Shown: positions 1 through 14,906, counted from the stretch's first letter. The stretch: 64,000 nt of DNA from Chrysomallon squamiferum (GCA_012295275.1 CM022671.1:26412001-26476000), one strand, 5' to 3'. Notes: generated from the letters alone by a model not told the origin. Translations and numbers: made by a program.

Positions 1-1918
1 TTTTTTTGTTGTTGTTTTACCCCTGAATTCTGAATTCTTAATAGTAAATGTGTAATATATATATATATATTTTCTATATATTTAATGAGATACATATATT
101 TTTAATAAGTGCAAAGTTCAAAATGATTTAATATGTCATGATTATTTTCAAATAAATATATTAGATATTTCTCATTAGATCCCCAGAGATTTGAAGTAAC
201 TAGGAAAATTAAGTTAAAAGCAATTGGCTTTTCAGATATTATACTTTATTAGCTATGACATTTAGATATTATCAGTTTTTCTAAAACAACATCCAAATTC
301 CAAAAAACTACTTATTATCAATTAAATTAAACAGATAAAAAAAAAAAAAAAAAAAAAAAAAATGAAATATAGAAAATTCTCTCTTGCTCTCTGATTTAAA
401 TTAACTAAAAACATTATTACCATTATGTCATTATTACCATACTCAATTTTTTTGTTGTTGTTCCTTCTTTTTTGTTCTTCTTTTTATTATTCTATTATTA
501 ATGCAATTTAAGAAAATGCTTAAAAAATTACTTTAACAAAATACATGATTAAATCTGCTCTTTCCCTTTGTGATTGTCATGTTTTTAAATAATAATGAGA
601 AGAAAAAAAAATATCCGAAATCTTAAATGTCTCACTTTAGGCGATCTTTTTTCTCTCTCAATCTTAAATGATAAAGTACTGTCTCTTTTCAAATGTAATA
701 TTTCAAGAGATAACATACAGGAAATAAGATGATAACAATTAGGTTTTTGTTAGTTAAACTAAGACGACATATTTGAGTAACTGCCAAAGGCTCTGTAGTT
801 CTCTGATAACAGCTTGTTTACTGTTAACATGCATTTCCAATTTTTAAAGAAAAAAAAAAAAAAAAAAACCCATCAAAAATGTTTTTTTTTTATTGAAACA
901 AAATGATAGGCGGATGCACAAATAGATTTTATGAAGCACCGCGGGCATTTTCCTCTCCAATTTTCTTGTCGATTTTTTGTTTTTCTTCGTCTTTTAATGA
1001 AACTAATTTTGCTGTAATGATGACACACTTTCCCCTTTTCTTGATCCGCTTCAGGAATCGTTTTAAATGAATGTCAAAAAAAAAAAAAAAAAAAAAAAAA
1101 ATCGAAAATGGTTTGTGCTCCTATTTAATGGCTAGATGGTTTATACGAAGGTCGCAGAAATAATTATCCTCACAGCATCCATCAGCTGATTTCCCATTTT
1201 TGCCAATCCTCCGCAGATTTGTGAGAATATGAAAAATCCTGATTAGGTTTTGTATTAAAGCATAACATTAACAGTGACTTACAGTAACTAAAAACTTCCA
1301 AAGTACAAATTGAATAGTTATCATTATGTACTTATAATCTGATAGATGAATCAGAAAAAATTATTATTATTATTTCTAGTTGATTTATTGACAGTGTGAA
1401 AAAAAAATAAGAATAAAAATAAAATAAATAAAACTCATGAGCTTATTAAGTGCGCAGCGTGCAGATAACTCGGTAAATTCTAGCAATCAATTCAGTCCAT
1501 TGTCTGGCACATTAATATATAAGAAGTGTGTGCTCGTGACTTCTCTTATACAACTGGTCAACAGAAAACCATAGTTCAGTTACAATTAACTCTTTTGTCG
1601 ATAGCGTAACTTTGCTTGTTACCAAACTTATCATCACATACGTCATAAACTTGATATATCGTCTAACATCTAACATGTCACCGAGAGCTCATTTGTTTTG
1701 TTACGATATTTCCCGATACCGTGTCGTGACTAAGCATGTTTTCGTTTAACACGACCATGTTTATGCATCGTGTATTTCTTAGAGCTTTTGGAATTATGTA
1801 ATCTTTTTTTTACTGTTTTGGAATCATGAAAAAAATTGAGAAATATTAACATTTTTCAGATTAAAAAGACAAACACACAGAATTATTTAATGCACACATA
1901 CATATACACACACACATT

Positions 1919-2175
1919 CAGTTGCGGACCTACTGAAGCCTGAACTACTGTTCGAAACCCTTCGCAAGCAGCAAGGAGATCTGGTTAACCACCGTTATCT
2001 TCTACAGTCAGCTTGTTCCATGACAGATCACTGTAAATCTTTTACAAATTTAACCACGACATCTGAGATTTGGATTAAAAATATCAAGCAATGTGGACTA
2101 AAGTCGCTTCTTGGATTAAGGGATTAAGGGCCCTGAAACTTAAGCTTCGTTAGTTTCAGAATAGATCCACCCTTG
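1919..2175. mobile_element. Non-autonomous hAT-type DNA transposon (MITE), about 257 bp
   Basis: Imperfect terminal inverted repeats (5' CAGTTGCGGACCTAC vs reverse complement of 3' end CAAGGGTGGATCTAT). Flanks are near-identical 8-mers CACACATT (1911-1918) and CATACATT (2176-2183); an 8-bp TSD is the hAT hallmark. Confidence 0.7.
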
Positions 2176-2944
2176 CATACATTTCAACAATTAATTAATG
2201 TTTGTTGAATTGCTTTTTCAACTACAAAACAACAACAACAACAACAAAATAAATAAAAAAATTAATAAATAATAAATACACTGTAAACACACACACACAC
2301 AAACAAAAAAACAACAACAACAACACAAAACAAAACAAAAACATTAATAAATGCCATCAGTCCTAGACAGTGTTTTAATGTAACCAGTAATTGCTAAGAA
2401 TAAACTTAATATTGGTAAAGCAAATATCTAAATCATGCTGAGCTGGGAATTTTCGCTATTACTTTGTCGCGAGTTAGTTTGAAGTAATGTGTTTTTAACC
2501 GAGTGAAAATTACGTTGTCTCTTAGACTGGCTCTCAGTTTGACTCCGAAATGTCAGAGGAGACGGACCGCGGCAAAAATATAACCTAGATTAAGACGAAG
2601 ACAGAAGAGGTTGATCTTAAATAGTGCATAAGACGGGGGCTGTGATAAAAGACAGGTTAGAGATAATATAGTTTTACTCGTAAAAGATGAAAACTTAGAC
2701 AGGACGGGATACGTAATGATATCAACGATGGTTTCATATTTATATAATCTAACTGTCGCTTGTGAGACTAGTAGTCGATACTTACCGAAAATACCATTAA
2801 TCCGTTCCAGCCCCCCGAAAAACCACCCGAAATTAACGTGTTTTTAAATAAGAAAAATGTATTTATAAATGACAGATGTTGTATAAAAACAAAAAGAAAG
2901 AGAATGTAAAGATATAAATTGGTTTTGTAAAGTGTATTTATCTT

Positions 2945-3438
2945 TGAGATCAGACAAATTATTTTAACGCCTTTGGCTAGAGTTACAGCCTTTATCGACT
3001 CGTGCGTCAGTATGGTACATATCTTAGAAGTACTCCGCTCGTACTGCGCCCGTACTGCCTAGCCAAGTCGCCTATACGCACACACCTCGCTCATGTTTTT
3101 CTATGATTTCATGCTTTTATTCAATGGACTTCATCTGCCTCTTCTTCTCAGCACTGTCCTTTGCTGTCACTTTCTTTGGATTCATGGTCTGAAAAAAGAA
3201 ATTTGGCAAAACACTCCACAAGACGTGAGTACAACACAACAGAGATGCTTCCGCATGTGAAGTAAACGATTGAGACGCGCGTGATTCTGGCCGGATGTTA
3301 TATTGTTCGTTGCTCCAACTAGCGGCGGCGTGTCTGAAACTCGCTCGTAACTCGGATTTTGGCTCGCAACTCAAAGGAAAAACTCGCCTGGGCAACTGCT
3401 CGTAACTTGAGACACTCGTAAGTCGAGGTACCACTGTA
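2945..3438 (-). mobile_element. Decayed Tigger/pogo-like (TIGD1-like) DNA transposon, 5' end with transposase N-terminal remnant
   Basis: Minus strand starts TA|CAGTGGTACCTCGACTTACGAG (TA target plus Tigger-type TIR, 3436 leftward). From ATG at 3185 it reads MNPKKVTAKDSAEKKRQMKSIE*KHEIIEKHERGVCV*, then with frameshifts DLARQY..YERSTSKICTIL..ESIKAVTLAKGVKII, matching the pipsqueak-type HTH N-terminus of Tigger transposases. Stops and frameshifts show it is dead. Confidence 0.85.
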
Positions 3439-6400
3439 TATTCAGGCACGAGCACTTAGAAACGCACTTAAACGTAAAATTGAAATCACAATTGTACCCT
3501 TCAATAAATATTATGAAACCCACAAACGATTTTATATTGTTTATTTATTTTTCAACAAGTGTATCTTCGAATAATGATAGTTTGCTTTGACATGAACAAT
3601 CTTGAAAAAAACAAAAACAACCGCAAATGATGACCAGATAGGTGGGAAAACAGAGAGAGAGAGAGAGAAAAAAAAAAAAAATGTCGGACCTTAATTTATA
3701 AATTCAGATTAAAGAGTACAATGTTACTATTGCGTGTCAATTCACTCAGGCACCAGTGATTGTCAGATATATTACAATTTTCTGCAAAGAATCCTACTGG
3801 AAAAAAAAAAAATCTGAAATTGTTCCTGCGTTAAATTCGTCGATTCTCAATTCATCATTTAAAAAACTGTGTTTTGCATCACCGTTGTTCTGATATATTG
3901 CAGTTCGTCACACCATCAGCGGAAGAAGAGCAATGTAAACAGAAAAAAAATTGTCATCTTGGTGTATTAATAAGATTTTTTCTTTCTGTGTTTGCTTTTT
4001 TCCACTGTTTTCTAGGTTTCAATCATTTAATGTCTAAACGAGTGGTTTTTCTTTTTCTTTTTTCATCGAACATAGCTCCAAGCAAATGTTTAATTTACAT
4101 TAAAGAAAACACATTTATTACAAGACAAAAATGTGTATCATTACATTAAAGAATAATAGTTATGTTTTTAAAAACTAAAAAGAAAGCTGATAATGATTAT
4201 AAAAAAGAGGAAATGAGGTTTTTGAAAAATAGTTTATTCTGGAAAAAAAAAAAAAGTATGATTTTGAAAATTGAATTCTGTTGTTTTTGCTTCTAGCTCT
4301 ATATGCTGTGGTTAAATGTCCTCAGTGCTAACACGAAACGTGATGAATGGAATAAGCAAATGAACCGACTGAGCCATTTTCGTTTTCTTTTCCATCCAAA
4401 ATTCTTTGCGCAATTACTAGGGACTTTGGCATATGTTTTTCTGATATATATAGTCAAACAAAAGATGTATAAATCGATATTAAGAATATATAAATATATA
4501 TATATATAAAACAACATACGTCATTCTAAATATGATTTTTATCAGTACAGTATTACATTTACCATCTTAGTTTTTTTTTCAAACAATTCTAGCGTCCGTC
4601 TGACATAGACCGTGTAACAAAAAAAGCCAAACTGCTTCATCTGCCAAGCGTTGTTAATCAGTTTAGTTCGAGTACTATTCAGACAGTCATGACATTTAAC
4701 TAATTGACATTTTAACTAGAAGAAATACCTTTGATGTCTGATATATTTTCCCCAGCAAGCTTGTTACGTTTTATTGGACGGACAGACAGAGATAAGGATC
4801 TTTAGAAGTCGTCGTTGTAGTAACATTAGTGTTGCTAAAGACTTACTGCAGTCGAGTGGTAGTTAATCGTAAAACCAGATTGTGTGGTAACACTGAAGCA
4901 AAGAAATCTGACTAAATATTACTAAATACTTGTTGAGTTTTGGCTCACTAGATAATCACGAAGAACAAACGAAAGTAAATTGGCGAATGAAGTGGAAGAA
5001 ACAGATTACAATATGTAACTGGCTGAAGATGTGTAGTCTTCATTTTAAAGCTTTTATGACTTCGGTTGTAACAAAACTGTAACCGCTGTAGTTGTTCAGT
5101 GTTTGCGGCAAAACGTTTCATCTTGAAAGTTACGTGCATTTCTAATGGCTGCCTAATATTCTGCCCGTACTTATTGCGTTCATGTAGCAGTTTCCTAATG
5201 ATATAAGGCTCATATTAAAATAACGTAAATTTATTCACTTTTATAACAACGTAGGAACTGTAAATATTCTGTAAGATGTACAAAAATTATTACTATTTCA
5301 GATATAACAAAAACTATAATAATTACAGGACTTTAAGATAAATAAATAATTAAATTATATAATAATAATAACAGTAGTAGTAGTAGTAGTAGTATTAATA
5401 GTAATAAATAAATAAATGAAAATCCTCTGAAATATTACCCTGGATGAGTAATATTCCAACAGCAATTAATATATTTTCAAAGTGGTGGCAGTGCTAGTTT
5501 AATTCTATGTAAAATGTTAAGGTGAAATCTGTTAATATTCAGTGTACTTCTTGTGGAAATTTTTCATTTTACAGGAAATTGTAATTCTCAGATACTGGTC
5601 TTACATTGCATAAAGTAATATTCAGTTGTGTACAACGATCTTTATTGTACCGAAACTTGTTTCATCTGGAGTTTAATCAAAAGAGAATTCCTATTTGTAA
5701 CAAGCGATCTAAGTCGAGTTACGAGCAGAGAATCATCTCGTAAGGTTTATCTATATTATTAATGCATCTGTTTCACACCAGATTATTTCTTTATCGTTAT
5801 TTTATGCAAGAAAAGTCACCAACAACGGACCTCGTTTAGTTTATCAGGCTGGCGAAATACTTCAGACGAACCTTCACGATTACAGAGAAAAATGCTGCAG
5901 ATCCCGTGGGAACAAAAGCTCACATTAAGGCTAGGTCGTTTTGTCGCAGTATGCGATGTCGCATGGAAATTAATTTAACCGCAGAGTATGCATAACACAG
6001 CTCTTTATTACTTCAGGAAAATTGTGGTTCTTAGCACGTTCCGCCCTCATAGATTTTATCGGCGAGTTATAATGCAACACGCGAGCAAGAATCAGAAAAT
6101 TAATAGAACTTTTCTAAATATGATTAGACGAGAAGATGTGCAGAGGGGGAGTCATTATGTGCGGCGTGACTCGATAGTTCAGATGTAATATGCTAGGTAA
6201 TCTGTTGTATTAACTTTGTTAAATTATTTATTAACTCCCATCTCTCGTTCAATAAGGCGCATTATAAATTTCTTCCGCAGCCGAACGTTGCAGTGCATTT
6301 TTGTCTAACATAAAAATGCAACTCGAATTCTACAAATTAATACCAAGAGAAGATGGGAACGATTTCATCTGCTGTCTGCCTGTTTTTAGTACTTACTGTA

Positions 6401-7189
6401 AGTTAATAAAATGTATCTTTAATTAAAAAGATGATTTGTTAAAATGAACTTCTTCAATTTCTGAACGCATGCAGAGCGGTCTAGTCTTGGGGTGGGGGAC
6501 GCAGCACTCAAGGGGAAAAAATCGACTATCCTCCATTCTGGTAAAATGTTCGTCTGTAGTAGCTGTAACATTAGTGATTAGGATTATCGGCAGTTTTTTT
6601 TTTTTTTTTTCTTAGATGTTGGAATCTTATAAACGATGAGTTATTTAAATAATTTATATTTATAAAAACATTTCTAAAGACAATATTCATTTCATTTTGA
6701 ATAATAAGCCAATTATTCTAGGTTAGTGTGCTTCGTTGCACGTCTGCTTACCAAGACATTAACTTAATACCACTTTACAGAGTTTCAGCAACGCTAACTC
6801 TATTAACGTAGATTTTAAAAGCAAAGTCTTGTTCTCACACGGAGAACACATCGGTAGGCATTTTACTAGGTCCTGGCACTGAAGTCTTTAATTCAGTATG
6901 CAGCTAACCCTCAGAAAATGGGTCAGTGACTCGTTTAAGACATTAACAGATTTTTAATTATCGATTCCTATTCAGGTTTTCACGTTCTAGCTATACGTCA
7001 ACAAAAATAAACCGATTTCTGAATTTATTTCCTTTGGGAAACCTTAATGCAAGATCAAAGAACAAAATTAAGATTAAAAAAAAAAATACGTCCCCTAAAT
7101 CCTGCAGATTCAGAATTTAGTAAAAAACAACAACAAAAAAGCAAAAACAAAATAACAACAACAATATCAACATGAACAACAACAATAAC

Positions 7190-7227
<38 letters not shown>

Positions 7228-7282
7228 TAATAATAATAATAATAATATTGATGATAATGATAATGATGATGTTAATGGTTAT

Positions 7283-7508
7283 AAGAGGCAGAGTCATCCG
7301 ACTTAAGTCCGAGTGTGAATCTGAATACACCAAAGTTATTCATTCACACAAGTCTTGAGAGCTTAAAGCTGAATACTCCAGTGATATTCATACTAATCTT
7401 GAGAACTTAAAGCGGAATATGCCAATTTTATTTATACTTATCGATTAAAGGTAAACGTGAATACGCCAGTGTCCTTCGTACTAATCAAGAGAACGTAAAG
7501 CTGATTAC
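7283..7508. repeat. Short copy of a dispersed element: unique head plus 44-bp tandem units
   Basis: Begins AAGAGGCAGAGTCATCCGACTTAAGTCCGAGTGTGAA, identical to 11758, followed by about 4-5 of the same units in the same order (two units missing). Confidence 0.85.
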
Positions 7509-8517
7509 TCTGATTATAATAAAAAGATATCAGAGATAATATTAGTGATAGTATCTTGACTCTTATTGTCATTATTGTTGAAGCCGTTGTCCGCAAGAAC
7601 CTCGAGTGCACCGCGAAATGAACTGTATTACATTACAGTACGAATATAAAACATTCAGATAAATTCATCTAACCGAAAAGAAAAACCTATGAATAAAAGG
7701 ATTTGGAGAAAAAATGAACTTTTCTTCTTCATAATTTTTCTGTTTAAATTAGATATTTCCTTTTCTTCTTTCTTTCTTTTTTCAGTTATTTAGCTCGGTT
7801 CTTTTTTTTTTTTTTTTTTTTTTTTTAGTTTTGTTGTTAACACTTGATAACGAAGAATTGGATATGTTTGTTAATATTTAATATTTTGAGTGAAAGTGTA
7901 TTATATTAACCGCAGATTGTAGTAACTGCTAAAAGGAAGGAGAAAAGGTCATTTTCCCCCATCCCCCCGAATTACTCGAAGTGTTAATAATAATTTTATT
8001 GCCATATTATGAAATACAGTTTTTCTGATGATTAAATTTTTTTATTAGCCAACGTTAATTATATAAATCTACGTTTTTTTTTAAAGAGAAATGGTCCTCG
8101 ATCTATTGACCATCCGAAAAAAAAAAAAAACGAATGTTACCAAGACACTCCAACATTTTAAGAAGTTGTCATATCGTGTTTCCTGCCATTAGGATACACT
8201 GTGAGACCTTTTAAATTTTAAAGCTGGCCAATTTATTTTGTTACTTTACTGACGCCATTAAAATAGTTCTGCTGAAAAGCTTTCCTGTTCATTAAACTGC
8301 AGAATTATTTACTTTATCCAACAGTCATCAGACGAACCATTTCAGACATTTTACTTCATAGGCTGATGCCAGTGGGATTCCTCTGTTATATTATTATCAC
8401 AAAAAAAAAAAAAAAAAAAAAAAAAGTAGGAAAAATGTGTTTGTGTGTGTTTGTTTATATATGTAGAATAATAAAGTATTAAAAATAAAGCAGATTTTAA
8501 CCAAAACAATAATAATG

Positions 8518-8559
<42 letters not shown>

Positions 8560-10679
8560 TAAGAATAACAACGACAAAATAAATAGAAATTATAAATAAA
8601 TAAAAATAAATAAATAAATATATAATACTTTCTGTTTCATAATGTATGCAAATAAAGAGAAATAAAAATAAAAATGGAGAAACTAACAACTCCCCCCCCA
8701 AAACCCCATAACAACACAAAACCCCCCACCAAAACTCCAACAAAACAACAACAAACTACAAATAATTTATATATATATACATATATCCAAAAACATTTGA
8801 CTACAAGGTAATAAAAGTCAATACAAAAATATACAGCACGTCTTCTTGTTAACCAGTCTAACTTTTTATACAACCCCGGAGTCCGCTCAGCTCAGACTGC
8901 AATAAAATCTATTACATCTATTTTCCATTTAAAAGGAAGGAAATGATTTACAATTTGAAATTGCCAGCTTATTAAAAAAGAAAAACTGTACAGCATGAAC
9001 CACCCACAGAATTTACAGAAATAAGAAAATTAAAAAAATCGATTTTTTTTTTTTTTTTTTTTGTCGAGACTTTGGCCATTAAACTAAATGTTATATAATT
9101 CATAGCAGGATACAAAAAAAAAACCGTCAGACGCCACACGAATGATTTTATTTTTCAGAGAGCACTGTGATGATTATTTCAATAGAAAAATAATTCTGAA
9201 ATATTAAAAAATAAAATACAAAATATTTTAAAAATCAGAACGTTTGAGTCAGTAGGTTTTTTTTTCTTCTTCTTAACTGAAATTTTATATGATTTTTTAA
9301 TTTTGTGTATTAATTTTATTCTATATCATTTAATTTTATTCAGCTATTTAAAATTATTTTTTTAAAGATTTTAAGCATTTATTCAGTGTTGTCTTACGAG
9401 CATTATAGGCTCCAGATCAAAGAAATTCTACACACATCACCACAAACTTAAAGAAATTCTAAAGAAAATCAACACATAGAACACGTCATAGCATATACGA
9501 ATTACACAGACCCTTAAATCACGGGGCTCCCAGATAAAGTTCAACTGTGCTGACTCTTTAAGCGGCCACTGTATTTGTTAAAAAAATTCCTGATACAAAA
9601 CTAGTAGGAGCCGGACCCTTGAAACCATATTATAATCAAATAATTCTACATAAATATAAAATGAATTTTGAGAAATGCATAAAACAACAGTAGATGAATG
9701 TAAAAAAAAAAACCCATAGCTTTACAGTAAGATAAACAATCAACTGTCCGAGAGTAAAAAGGTGAAGAGGTTAAAAGTGAAGGAACATGAAAAATATTTC
9801 TCGGATGTAATTAAAAACTGAAAGTTAGTAAACAACCGTGTTTCGACAACAGCCGTTCGTCGTGCAGTTTATACAAGATGATCCACACATTATAATGACT
9901 TGAATACGTCGTTCGAGGGCAGTCTGTGTAATAACAGGCGACGATAGCGCAGGAATGGATGGCCGAAAGCCAGAACGTGAAGAGAAAGCGTGAACAAGGG
10001 CTCTCTCCGCAAGCGACACCAAACAGTCGTCCAAATACCGTCACTCCAGCAGAGTTCGCGTAAGTTTAAGTATGGCGTTGTGATGTTGGTTTTAACCACA
10101 TGACTGGGAGTCAGGTTTGACATTTCCCTGATTATATGTGTACACTTCATTAAAAAAATGGTTGTTTTTGTGCTTCAAGGTCACACAAGCCAAAGCCGGA
10201 AATCACTCCTGCTTCTGTGGTGTTTCAATTTCTGTTTTCTCATCTGCAAGTTCGATCATCTTAAATTGCAGTGACGTGAAGATGATTAAAATTTATACCT
10301 GAAAAATACATACATACATAGATACATACATACATCCACACATACATCCACACATATGAAAACTACATACATACATTCAAATATACATACATACATACAT
10401 ACATACGTACACACATACATGCATACATCCTAAATACTCAATACATCTTAAACGAATGTGTAATATCAGTCCATTTTCTAACACTGATTACTTGTTATTT
10501 ATGTATTTATTTATTCTTCTGTTGCTTCATCGGCTGTGGTATACATTTATATAAGACTGGTAAATTAGCGTGATTAAGAAATATCTGCTACACCTTACAA
10601 CGTCTATTTCTCTTATTAGCCTGGGAACAACAGAACAGTCACAAGAAATACAAACTCTGATTTCAAGATACGTTTAGAG

Positions 10680-10820
10680 AGAATATTAAATTTATGTTAT
10701 TTATTGACAGAATATTAAATTCGCAAGTATTTATTAATATAAGATTAAATTTATGGTACATTTATTGACAGAATACTAAATTTATAAGTGATTTAATGAC
10801 AGAATATAATATTTATAAAG
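10680..10820. repeat. Degenerate minisatellite, about 30-bp unit, 4-5 copies
   Basis: Recurrent ATTAAATTTAT...TTTATTGACAGAAT. Confidence 0.7.
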
Positions 10821-11757
10821 ACTGAGATTTATTACTGTAATGATAAAGCTCTGGAAAATCAAGATACTGAAAAGATATGTGGGAATGAAGAATAGGTCAA
10901 AAAGACGAAATAAGAATCAGTTAAATAGCCTGCCAAACAAATAAGCACCCAGGCAGAGCTAGATAACTGAATGATTATTTGGAAGAAAATGTGTTCACAC
11001 ATGGAGATAAATATGAATACACAGAGAAAAGGCCATATAGAGAGATATTTAGCCATTCATACATTCGTAAGTACGTAGGTACATACATAGATGCATATAC
11101 ATACATACGTATACATGTCGAAAGATAAACAGATGGATAGATAGATAGATAGTCAGATCTATAGATAAACAGACAGTCAGACAGACAGACTGATCGATAG
11201 ATAGACAGATTGATAGATAGACAGATGGATGCATATATTGATAGATGGTTGGATGGATGTATATACGTATCAGAGAAAAGGAAAGAGAGAAAGAAGTGTT
11301 ACAAGTACTAGAATAAACTTGTAATCAATATGTTACTAGAATAGAGTTGCGTTAAATGTTACAGATTATCAAATCTCGTGCGTTTCAAATGACTGCTTTG
11401 ATTCGAAACCTCTACGTTATTATATATCAGCTGACAACTAAAGCTTCTGATTATCGATGTCTGCAAGGAGATCCAGTGTTTGATTGACGGGTTTTCGGTT
11501 GGGCTTCCCGACTGCGGCGGCACAGACATGACCTCCTGGCAACCTGAAAATACATTTCTTGTAAACAATTTGGAAGCAATTTATTAGTTTTGTCTTTTAA
11601 TCAATTTCGCTATTCCAGATCTGGTCTAGAGGGACCGCTGAGATAAAAGGATTTTCAAAATCAAAGATGCAACCGGCTCCATACTTTAGATTCTAATTTG
11701 GATAATGGCTAGTAAGGAGAAGTTAAGTTCAGGCTTTGGAACCGGCCAATTTAGAGC

Positions 11758-12440
11758 AAGAGGCAGAGTCATCCGACTTAAGTCCGAGTGTGAAGCTGAA
11801 TACGCCAAAGTTATTCACACTAATTTAGTTAATGTAAAGCTGAATATGCACACGGTGCGCACGCTAATCTAGTAAACGTAAAGCTGAATACGCCAGAGTC
11901 ATTCACACAAGTCTTGAGGACTTAAAGCTGAATGCGCCAGTAATATTCATACTAATCTTGAGGACTTAAAGCGGAATATGCCAATTTTACTTATACTAAT
12001 CGATTAAAGGTAAACATGAATATGCCAATGTCCTTCGTACTAATCTAGAGAACGTAAAGCTGATTACGCCAGTGTCCTTCATATTAATCTAGAGAACGTA
12101 AAGCTGAATACGCCAATGTTCTTAATATTAATCTAGAGAACGTAAAGCTGAATACGCCAGTGTCCTTAATATTAATCTAGAGAACGTAAAGCTGCTTACG
12201 CTAATGATATTCATACTAATCTAATTAATGTAAACGTGAATATGCAAACGTTATGCACACTAATCAAGTGAACGTAAAGCTGATTACGTCAACATTATTC
12301 ACACTAATCTAGAGCTCATAAGCTGAATACGCCAAAATTATTACGCCAATCTTGTTAACGTAAAGCTGAATACGCTAATGTTGTTAGAACACTAATCGTG
12401 TGAATGTGAAGCCAAACACGCCATCGACTTTCACACGTAT
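11758..12440. repeat. 44-bp minisatellite array (about 15 units) with unique head; long copy of the dispersed element
   Basis: Unit about GTAAAGCTGAATACGCCAGTGTCCTTCATACTAATCTAGAGAAC; AACGTAAAGC recurs at 12051, 12095, 12139 (period 44). Confidence 0.9.
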
Positions 12441-12841
12441 CCAGTGATTCGTCAGTCTGTCATATATAATTGTCTTAGTAACTGCAAGAGGAAAACTAGA
12501 GGTTAATTCAGAATGTGTGAAATTACAAGTTTAAGTAAATATTTAAAAGGACTCTGCAGCTGTGGAGTTTAACACAGAATTAACAGCTTTGTTGACAACT
12601 ACTTTATAACAACGTGTTTCTCGAACTTTCAGTTTTATTTAGAAACAGATAAATGACTAAGTTACACTGTTTCTTTGGATGAAACTATGAAGGCTTCATT
12701 AAAAATAATATTATGGATCCAGAAGTGAATAAATTAGAAAATTCAAAATTGAATAAAATAATCGTTTCTCATGCAGTGGCCTACATAATATTCACAAAAA
12801 ATTTAACCTTGCAGTTCCAGATTACTTTGTTTTTGCTTTTG

Positions 12842-12925
<84 letters not shown>

Positions 12926-13569
12926 ATTTTTTTTTTTTTTTTTTTTTTATTATTCAACTGGTTTTCTTGATATCAGAATTTTTATGAACGTTTTAAAATT
13001 ATTATTTTTTATAAAGTTATTGTTAAAATTTCATTTCTCAAATTTTTCAAAACCAAGAATTCGATTTCTTTGTATTATGTTTAACTTTCTTTGACACGAT
13101 ATTAAAAATTTCGATTTCTTTGCATAAAAATGTCCCAACTTCCTAATTCTAATATTCCTACCACTGACATACCAAAAATTTCGATTTCTTCAAATAATAA
13201 TAATAAAAAAAAAATTTCGATTTCTTCTTATCAAGATTTATGACTTCATTTTCTGATGCTCTCGCATCTCCAGGAACGTGAAGATTTGACCAGAAGCGAT
13301 TTCTTCATCGTCATCTTATTGTAGGGTCAATAAAAAGGAGCCGATATAACGCGTTAACTACTCTAATTCCATTGAAGAAGCGCACACAGGACATGGTCTT
13401 TCACTGAGCAGAGATGGGAACTTCTGCACAGATGAGATCAATACTTTGAAAATAGTTCTAGTTAAGTGGATCCTGCACGGCTTTACCGGTCACAAGTGTC
13501 GCAGGAACACTCTTGTTTGACAGGAGCAACAGGATACAGCTAAATTTAGCAGTTATGTTTACATGGGTG

Positions 13570-14100
13570 TCTGTGTATGTATGTTTTTGGTATAGGTATG
13601 TGTGTTTGTGTGTGTGTGTATGTATGTATGTATGCGTATATATGTGTATGTGTGTGTGTGTTTCTATGTATGTATGTATGCGTATATATGTGTGTGTGTG
13701 TGTGGTTGTGTGCATGTATGTATGTATGTATGTATGTATGTATGTATGTACATGCATATGTTTATGTGAATGTGTATGTGTATGTGTATCTGTATGTGTA
13801 TGTATATTTGTATCTGTATGTGTATGTATGTATGTATATATGTATATGTGTATGTATGTGTACGTATATGTATGTGTATGTGTATATATATATGTATTTA
13901 TGTGTATATGTATGTATGTATGTATGTGTGTGTATCTGAATGTGTATATGAATGTATGTATCTGTAAATGTGTCACGTAACACAGACATACATTTCCAAG
14001 TATAAATTGACACTTACGTAAGCACACACACACATCGACACACACTCACACACATACACACACACACACACACACACGAACACACACGCACATACACATC
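13570..14100. repeat. Compound (TATG)n/(TG)n then (CA)n microsatellite
   Basis: Seen directly; explains the overlapping MCVY/HTY-rich ORFs. Confidence 0.95.
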
Positions 14101-14484
14101 CACAACCAAGGGAAAGATTAAAATAGAAAGGAACATAACAACCAGCAAGAGAAATAAGATTTAAAGACAGTTAACAAGGTCACTGTATGAATATTCTATT
14201 CAAATGTCCTGCTCGCTGTAGTAACGAATGTATCTTAATTAGAATTTTCACTAGCGACGCTCGCCGAGCCTAAACAACAAAACAGTCCAAGCGTCAGAAC
14301 TGGTTTCCTGGGTGTTTTGTTAATACTGAGCACGCTTCTGCCGACTTTAGAAACAGCAACTTTGACTTGTCAGAAAGATTTACCCAAATTAAATAGAGTT
14401 GAATAAAAAAAGATTTTTTGTGTCTGTCTGACTGTCCATCGATCCAATTGAACTGTGTGCACATTTATATGTATATGGGGGGTA

Positions 14485-14551
<67 letters not shown>

Positions 14552-14906
14552 GCTAGCTTTCCATTTTTGCTTTTTTCCCCATTATATCCAGTTAAAGGTC
14601 AAGAAAATATTCAGTTCATTAGTTCTTAGTTCAGGAGTAAAATGAGCTTTTTATGCCTTCCCAAAGTTCTATGGATTAGAGGCCATTTGCTGATGCTAAT
14701 TCCGGATCGTGTATCATTAAGTTGTTTTTCTTAACACAGAGCCCAGAGTCTTCTAGTGCAAGTCATAGTTGACTTCATTATGTGATGTGATGTTGATCCA
14801 ACATAGCAGTATGAAGAAAAACAGATTTTATTAAAAAAAAGTTCTCATCATATTTTCAATCAAAGGTTTCTTGGCTTCATAAACACGGTCAAGAATCATA
14901 TAAATA

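Noticed and set aside
3117-3455. 112-aa ORF as a host gene
   Set aside because: It crosses a transposon TIR and leader into a dead transposase start.
11758-12440. CRISPR-like array
   Set aside because: Units are contiguous and similar along their whole length with no unique spacers, there are no cas genes, and the context is eukaryotic.
13458-14045. His/Thr/Tyr- and Cys/Val/Met-rich ORFs (also near 18677-19979)
   Set aside because: Translations of (TATG)n/(TG)n microsatellites, open in several frames on both strands.
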